A stretch of DNA of 64,000 nt from Cyanophora paradoxa CCMP329 (lineage: Eukaryota; Plantae; Glaucophyta), in NCBI GenBank assembly GCA_004431415.1, contig QPMI01000416.1, forward strand, positions 62,001-126,000. Direction: 5' to 3'. The translations under genes and the position numbers were made by a program. Under the pieces are notes generated by a model. The model was not told the origin of the DNA. It ran no database searches and saw only the letters and a list, made by a program, of their open reading frames with translations. This document shows positions 56,825 to 64,000 of the stretch, one piece after another (the stretch's first letter is position 1; each line of letters begins with the position of its first letter).

Positions 56825-59411
56825 ATGGGACTCGACGCGGCGATGTTCGTGGACCCCAGCGTGGCGCGCGACTTCTCGTGCCCCATTTGCCATGACGTCC
56901 TCCAGGAGCCCGTGCGTCAGCGTCTCGCGCGCGCGCCTCCCGTCGGCTGGAAACTTTCCGCCTGAAGGATCAATGCGCAGACGGAGGCGAATTGCGAGGG
57001 CGGTCACGTCTTCTGTTTCTCGTGCATTTCCGCCCATTTCGCAGTGCGAAAGGACGGCACGCGCTGTCCTGAGTGCGCGAAATCGTTTTTCGCAACGCAA
57101 AAAAATCAACTTTCGCGCTCAGAATTTCGCTGACGCTGCGCTCATTTTTTGTTTGCGCAGGTGCAACGAACCGATCACTGAGGATCAAGTTCGCAAGAAC
57201 AAGAAGGTCCGCAACGTGATCAGCGATGCGGAAACGAGGTGCACATGCCCCGGCCGCGGGCTAGCGGCCCCATCGTGTCCGCGCAGCCCTAGGCCTCACG
57301 ACATCGACAGCTGCGCGAACGAGGCCGGCGGCTGCAAGTGGCGCGGCAAGCAATTCAACCGCGAAGCGCACATCAAAATCTGCCCGCGCACCTCCACAGC
57401 GTGCTGCGGTTGCGCTACCTTCTTCTCCCGCGAGGAAATAGAGGTGCGCACGCGCAGACGCTCGCCGAGGCTCTTTGTTCGGTCCTGAAGCCAAGCTCTT
57501 CAGGCGCACGAGGCTGCGTGCGACCGCGTCCAGCGCACCTGCAAGAATGCGCCCTTCGGTTGCGAGGCGCTCGTCGCCGAATTCGATCGCGAAGCTCACC
57601 TCGGTCCGAGCTTTCTAATTCCTGAATTCGAAGCTTAAGTGCGCATTCCGCTATTTTCTCTGCTGATCGTTGTCCCGTACGCGTCTCCAGCGGTCTGCGC
57701 CCAGCGCTGCCGCGAGTCGCTGCAGCGCTTGAAGCAGCGCGCGGAGGAGGCAGAAACGAAGCAAAAAGTGGCCGAGGACCAGAAGAAGGCAGCCGAGGAC
57801 CGGGCGGGGCAGGCCGAGCAGCAGGCGGATGCGGCGAAGCGGAAGGCGGCCCGGAAGGAGGACCGCGCCAAAGAGGCCGAGGATGATGCCAGGGAGTATG
57901 CCGAGCAAGTTAAGCAGGAGAAAGCCCGCGCCAAGGCTGCCGAGGATCGGACCCAGCAAGCGGTGGTCCGGGCGCAGGCGGCGGAGAGAGAGAAGAACGA
58001 CGCGCGCAAGTACGCGAATGCGCTCAGCGAGTACCTCGTCCATTTGCCGAACTGCGAGTTCCAGGAGGCGAGAACGTTTTATCGTGACTTTGGATTTCGA
58101 TCGTGACATCCCGCGCGCCTGCGCATGCGCAGGAGCTCTTCGTGTCGTTCCAGGCGAGCTGCCCGAATTTCCTCGACGAGCAGCGGGACGACCCCCACCG
58201 GAAGGGCATCGCCATCCCGCGGAGCTGCGTCTCTTCCGACGCCGTCGGCGCCTGGTGCAAATAATCTTCTTGTAGGTCGCGTAAACTTAAGCCGAAATAA
58301 TAATATAATCATGAATCGAAATCATCTTCGACGTGGGATACAGATCTAGATCGAAATGATCAGCAGTTGCGAAACTCGAAATAATTATTATAAACGTCGC
58401 TGCTAAATTTGTCCGATCTGTTGCAAAATTTGCGTCACCTGAGCAGCGAAAATATCCAGAACCAATCGATTAGAAAGGCACATTCAAATCCTCAACGCCA
58501 CTTCTGCAGGAAGCTGCGGCTGTACCCGAACGGGAGCGATGGGGACCGCCACAGCCTGGGCCTGTTCCTCTCGTGCACGTCCCCGCGGGACCAGGACCGG
58601 TGGGCCCGCTTCGCCGTCACGATCCTCAACCGGGATATTTCCAAGCACATCACCAAGGCGCGCGCGCGACCGTTCACCCGAGCTTCGAGATATATAAATA
58701 TGCCCTCGAGCCTGAGCCTGAAGCTTAAGCTTATAATAATTCGCGATCGAAGGCATACGACGAGGAGGATCTGGACCTCCACGAGGACGAGCGCGGCTGG
58801 TGGGACTTCGCGGACCTCGACCTGCTGACCTGCGAGGAGGTTCGTGTCCGATAACGCGAGATCGAATTCGAATATATAGTTTTATCATCTAGCGCTAATT
58901 ATATAACTCCCGCGCATTGGATCCACTGCAGCTATATGAAGGTCTAGATGTCTTACAATCACTTGTCTAGATGTCCGTTTTCTCGAGCACGTCTATTCAT
59001 TAATATTGAATTTTTAAAGGATCGACGTCCGCGCTCTATGGCAAGCTGTAGGCGCTGGAGCTCCGGTCCTCAAGCGCGCTTATTCATCTTTTGGCAAGAA
59101 TGCATATAAAAAACATTAAGTTTACGAGTTCAAGTGCTTTATCAGTTCAGAGTTTAATCCTAGAATTAATGCCTGGAGTTTTATCACACGCCGTACTAGC
59201 CTCCGAGTCTATCCTTATCAAGGAATCGATGTTTAATGTGATCTGAATATCTGAATGTGATCCGCGGCCGTCACCGATGCCCGGCCGCCAGGACGGTGAC
59301 TGCGACCACTTCGGCAACGCGTGCGGCGGCTTCCTGCACGACGGGAAGCTTCTGCTCCACGTCAGCATCTGGCGGGCCGAGGACGACGGGGAGGGCAACT
59401 GTTATTATTAG
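56825..59411 (+). CDS. Host TRAF-like protein (RING, TRAF zinc finger, coiled coil, MATH), multi-exon
   Basis: FSCPICHDVLQEP, CEGGHVFC, CKNAPFGC, LRLYPNG..LGLFL, GWWDF, GFLHDGKLLLHV. Confidence 0.85.
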
Positions 59412-59805
59412 TCGCCCGCCATGGCCACCAGGGTCGATCGCGACCGGGCCCCTCCTCTTTTTCGCAGTCGGCTTCGCAGGTCTGATCGGTCCTCTTTCTC
59501 CCGATTCGTAGAAGTCTATTGTTTTTTTTTATAGCTATAGCAGCTATGGCTATCTGTGCACCAGAATCCGAACCGCAGATCATCGGATCTAGATCTAGAA
59601 GACAGCCGTATCCAGTTGAAGAACGGCGAAAAGACGCTCTTAAGCACTTACCTTGATGCCCTGAGCTTGACCCCTTGATCATAAACCATTTTGTTTAGCG
59701 TGCGAAAAGTGCCAAGTGCGAAAAGAACCCGTACCCGGGGAGGCGCGAAAGCACCGATATCAATTCCGCGCATTCGACGCGTCCGCCTTGAATCTGAAGT
59801 CCGCC

Positions 59806-61576
59806 ATGCACCGCGAGGGGTTCAGGGACCGCAAGCACGGCGGGGAGGTCCTCGCCGACCTCCTGGAGGCGAAGTATGGGCGCCCGCACGAGTGCGCTCC
59901 GGGGGCGCGCCCGACGCACGCGCTCTCGCCGCCGCCGAAGCATTTCGCGCAGCGCCGTCGTCATCGGACTGCCGCGCGGCGGTCTCCCTGTTGCCGAAGT
60001 CGTAGTGCGCGCGCGCCTTGCCGAGCGCACCGACACACGCGCGCGCGCGCGCGCGCGAAATCTCTAGATTTCGCGGAGCGTGCGACTGATCGATTTCGCA
60101 GGCCCAGCGCCTCGATGCCCCGCTGGATATCCTCGCGAGTCGAAAGATCGGCGCGCCGGACAATGAGGAGTTCGCTATCGGCGCGGTGACGGAGAGCGGA
60201 ACGCGCGTGCTCAACGATGAGTGAGCGACCGCTGCATCGCATTTGCCGGGGGAACTAGTGTGAATTTTAGATCTAGATCTAGATCTAGATCTCGCTTTAA
60301 CCAGCCCGCTCCCAGGTTTGCCCAGGCCTCATTTTCGCATCCTAATTCGTTATTCTCAGCGTTATTAGTATGTACGGAATTCCTCACTCATACATCGTTT
60401 CAAAGGTGCGCTCTATATATAGCTAGCCGTGCGCAATCTCCGGATCCGGATCCCTCTTTAATTTCGCTCCTCTAAACTGTTTCGCGGCGCAGTCGGCTCA
60501 GCAGTGGCGCACCGCGAAGGAGCGGGCCGCAATGCTCCGGGACGGCGTCCCGCCGCTCGACCTCACGAACAAGACCGTCTTCATCGTAGGTCCGTTGCGA
60601 GCCTAGGCCTCCCTGCCGATCAAATTAAATATTGATTCGGACGCCCCCGCTGGGACCGCAGATGATGGGATTGCGACCGGGTGCGAGACGGCCTCGACTT
60701 TTGCGGCTCATGCGCACCTGCAGGCGCTGCTAAGTTAATTTGCGTTTTGCGACAGAATGACGACGCGTGCCGCCGTCCTGGACGTTCTCGCTCGCCGCCC
60801 GCGCAAGCTCATCGTCGGTCAGCCGCTTAACTTCAAATTTCGCGCGATTCGATCCTGCATTTGATCCCGGCCCGTGCATGCGCAGCCGCCCCCGTGGCCG
60901 CGAAGGACACGGTCGAGCAGCTCCTCTCCATCCCCAGCGTCCACGTCGCTGTGCCCCTCGTCCGTCCGCGCTTGACCGCGACCTAAGCCCGCGCCGTGCG
61001 ATTCTCGCAGGCCCCGCGCGCCGCACTTTAATTTCGCCGCATTTCGAATTCAGACCCCGGTCAAACTGCTCTAAGCCCGCGCCGCGCGATTTTCGCAGGC
61101 CCCGCCGCACTTCCGCGCCGTCGGCAACTGGTACAACCGCTTCGACCAGGCGCGAAATATCTTTCAAACCGGAGTCCACTCGCTTTCTTTTCCAATTCTT
61201 AACTTCGTGCGCATGCGCAGACGGAGGACGAGGAGGCGCTCGCGATCGTGCGGCGGCGCCGGGCGGCCCGCGGGGACGCCGCCGGGGAGCGCGTCGGGCT
61301 CCTCGGCTCGGACAAGGCGGCCCGCGCCGAGGCCGCGAGCCCCCAGTGCGCCCCGCCCTTTGCTTCGTTTGCACCTCGGCGTCTTAGCCTTAAACGAACG
61401 CGTAAACGAACAGCCTTAAGCTTAGCCTTTATAAAGTGAGCTTTCCAGTGCGCCCTGAAGCCTCAGCCTTAGCCTTAGCCTTGAACGTGAGCTTCAAATT
61501 CGCTCATACGACAACCAGATCCTCGGCGGGGGCCTACGACTTCCCGGCCGGCCCGCCCCGCCCGGGCGAGGAGTGA
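59806..61576 (+). CDS. Host phosphoribosyltransferase (bacterial-like type I PRT), multi-exon
   Basis: FRDRKHGG, VIGLPRGGLPVA, RKIGAPDNEEFAIGAV, V-DDGIATG, AAPVA, FRAVGNWY..FDQ. Confidence 0.88.
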
Positions 61577-61842
61577 GCCTGGTGCTGGAATCGAACCCGA
61601 GGAAAACGCAAGAATTCGAACTCGATTCTCCAGAGCAGAGCGTTGAAAAATAGACTGTCTAGCCCGCTAGCTGGCTACCTGAGGACGGCTAACTACGGCT
61701 TAGTACAGCTAGCTATAGGCTCGCAAAACTGGCTCGCCGAAAGCAAAGCCTACGGCTATAGCTAGCGATGTAACTAATAATGTACAACAATCTGTCCCGA
61801 GTCCCGAGGGATCAAGAGCGAGGCTCGGGCTTCGGGCAGAGT

Positions 61843-63230
61843 CTAGGAGATGACGCAGCGGCCGTCCGGGCGGGGCCTCGGGCGGGCCTGATCGGGCCGC
61901 CCTGCCCCCGACGGGGACGAGGACGAGGAGGACTGCGGCGGGGCGGAGGAGGAGGAGGAGGAGGAAGGGGCCGATTCCCCAGGAGCGGCCTTGGACGGCC
62001 CGCCGGCAGACTGGCCCGCGGCCTTGTCCTTCTCCCCCCCGCCGACGCCGTTCTCCTGCAGGGGGACCGTCGAATCGGACCGGGTAGCGAAAGGGGGAGG
62101 GGTACAGCATTTTAAGGGGGTACGGCGAACCTGGAGCAGGGCGAGCACGTCGGCCCGGCACATGGGGCACGTGAGGGAGCGCGAGAACCAGCCTTCGATG
62201 CACCTGTACCCCACGGGATCGGGTCAGGGAGATCGAAGTGGGGGGGTACGGGGCCGCTTCGTTCGCACTTCTCGTGGTAGATGTGGATGCAGGGGAGGGC
62301 GGCGGCGGTCTGGCCGGCGGAGAACTCGTCAAGGCAGACGTGGCAGCTCGCGTTCTCGCCGGCCAGCGGCCCTCCAACCTCGAAGAGGGGCAGCTGCGCC
62401 ATCGCTACGCGCGCCCCCCGCGCCGTCTCTTCCGCTTGCTGCCGGGACTGTGAGCCCCGAAACGGACGCGTGGCCCGGAAAAAGCACCCGCTGCCGCTCT
62501 GCTTCCCGCTCTTGAAGCGCGCCGGTCATCATAACCTGCGCGCGGAGGCTTCGAAACGCGCACAGCGGAGGCCGCACATTTGATCCGGGTCGCGCGCACC
62601 CCCATGACCACGAAGGCGATGCGCTCGACGTCCCGCTGGAACACCTGAAGCTGCTGCGGCGACATGCCCGGCATGGTGATGGTGGCAGCCTCAGTCGACT
62701 GCGGGCGCGCGTGCGCGTGCGCGCGTCAGCGAGGAAGCTTCGGAGAATCAAAAGGGCGCACCACGAAGTTGCGCAGATCTTCGAGGAGCCTCCGTGGTAT
62801 CTCCATCGACTGTGGGGACGATCTCCGCTGGCGGCGCCGCGGCCGCTGCTGCTCCTCCGAACTGGTCTCGCCATCTGACTCGTCCCGCGCGCGGCGCCGG
62901 CCCCTGGCGCGACGACGCGGCTGCAACGGTGCTGAGATTAGAGAAGCAAGGTCGCATCGATGGGAGCGCTCTCACCGTGCCCGGGGACCGGCCCTCTGAG
63001 CTGGCTGCGTTTGGGGCAGGAGCGCCGGAACTCTCGCTCTGAGCGCAGCGGGGATCGCAGTGAGCGGATCACTGGCATGCAGAATGCTCGACGAGAGCGG
63101 ATCCAGAGGCACCTCTGCAACCCTTTCCTGCCCGGCGGCCTGACTTGCTGTGGTTTCCCTCCGAGCCTGCGGCGCAGACGAGCTGGAGCCGGTGGCCGAT
63201 CCGTTATCCCGGGAGCTCTCCATTTGCAAG
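61843..63230 (-). CDS. Host RING-H2 E3 ligase, multi-exon (5' end uncertain)
   Basis: CHVCLDEF...LPCIHIYHEK | CIEGWFSRSLTCPMCR. Confidence 0.85.
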
Positions 63231-63756
63231 GTCTGCAGGCAATTGGCACTGCTGCGCGCTGAAGGGAAAGCTGCACGGCCTGCACGCCAGCGCCGCCGAC
63301 CGGCCGCCGTGCACGGCGAGCTGCTGTATGCTGTGGATCGGCTGAGCTGCGTAGCGGGCAGCCTGCTATGGCTGCTTTCTTCTCTTGACCGCGCGCACGG
63401 CGTACCCCTCCTCGCTCCCTGGACCCAGCTAGCGCTGCATGCATATGCATATGCGCAGAATTTGATCGCTCGACCGGGCCATGCATGGCGCTAGCGCTTG
63501 TAGGCGCTTCGAAGTTCGCGATCCTCGAGCGTGCACGTGCACGGCGTAGCACGTGCACGGACCCACAGCACGCCAGCGCTGCGGCCGCTAGCTCCTGCTG
63601 AGACGCCGCCCCACGCGTAGCTAGCGCTCCTCCGTACCGTAGTACGCGTACCGCAAGCTGGCGCCGTAGCCATGAGCGCTGCGCATGCGGCAGCCTCGCG
63701 CGAGGTGGGGTCCATGCTTTTGCCAGGGGCCCCTCCGGCATGGGGAGGGATCACGG

Positions 63757-64000
63757 GAGGGGCGGGCGCCGGCCGGGGCGCAGGCGCAGGCCGCCGGGCG
63801 CAGACGCAGGCGGGGGGAAGGGCGGCCTGTTCCGACACGGGCGAGGCCCGCGAGCACGAGACGAAGTCGGGGCAGGCATCAGAGGGGCGGGCGCCGGCCG
63901 GCGCCGGGGCGCGGGCGCAGGCGGGGGGAAGGGCGGCCTGTTCCGACACGGGCGAGGCCCGCGAGCCCGTATCACCAGAGGGGCGGGCCGGGGCGCAGCC
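63757..64000. repeat. GC-rich ~110-bp tandem repeat running off the window
   Basis: GGGGAAGGGCGGCCTGTTCCGACACGGGCGAGGCCCGCGAGC twice, plus the start of a third unit. Confidence 0.8.

Noticed and set aside
39698-64000. Naming the host species (style recalls a GC-rich alga such as a glaucophyte)
   Set aside because: No marker gene in the window; cannot be supported without a search

Overview
About 1-39,697 is AT-rich endogenous viral DNA made of two related Polinton-like viruses (PLV/Maverick-type), one nested inside the other. About 39,698-64,000 is very GC-rich, intron-dense eukaryotic (probably protist/algal) host DNA. The inner element is complete (4763-31016, ~26.3 kb): 173-bp TIRs, a 6-bp target duplication CTGATG, and a perfect 28-bp-stem hairpin at each tip. 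It encodes a putative double-jelly-roll major capsid protein, a packaging ATPase, two penton-like proteins, a 2100-aa fibre with an S74 chaperone, a patatin-F5/8C fusion, an AEP primase-SF3 helicase, an HNH-AP2 nuclease, a reduced pPolB and an rve integrase. It sits inside a fibre-like gene of the outer element, and removing it restores that reading frame. The outer element's left end is off-window; its right end is at 39,697 and has the same ACACATAG...CTATGTGT fold-back design. The most unusual signals are the shared fold-back termini and the stacks of different inverted-iteron (origin-like) cassettes in both elements, alongside a primase-helicase and an apparently proofreading-dead pPolB. 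The host flank holds tandem beta/gamma-crystallin-like genes, RING, TRAF/MATH, phosphoribosyltransferase and RING-H2 genes, with several apparent GC-AG introns. Many viral genes are frameshifted (decay or assembly error). Protein calls rest on motifs read by eye; no database search was run.
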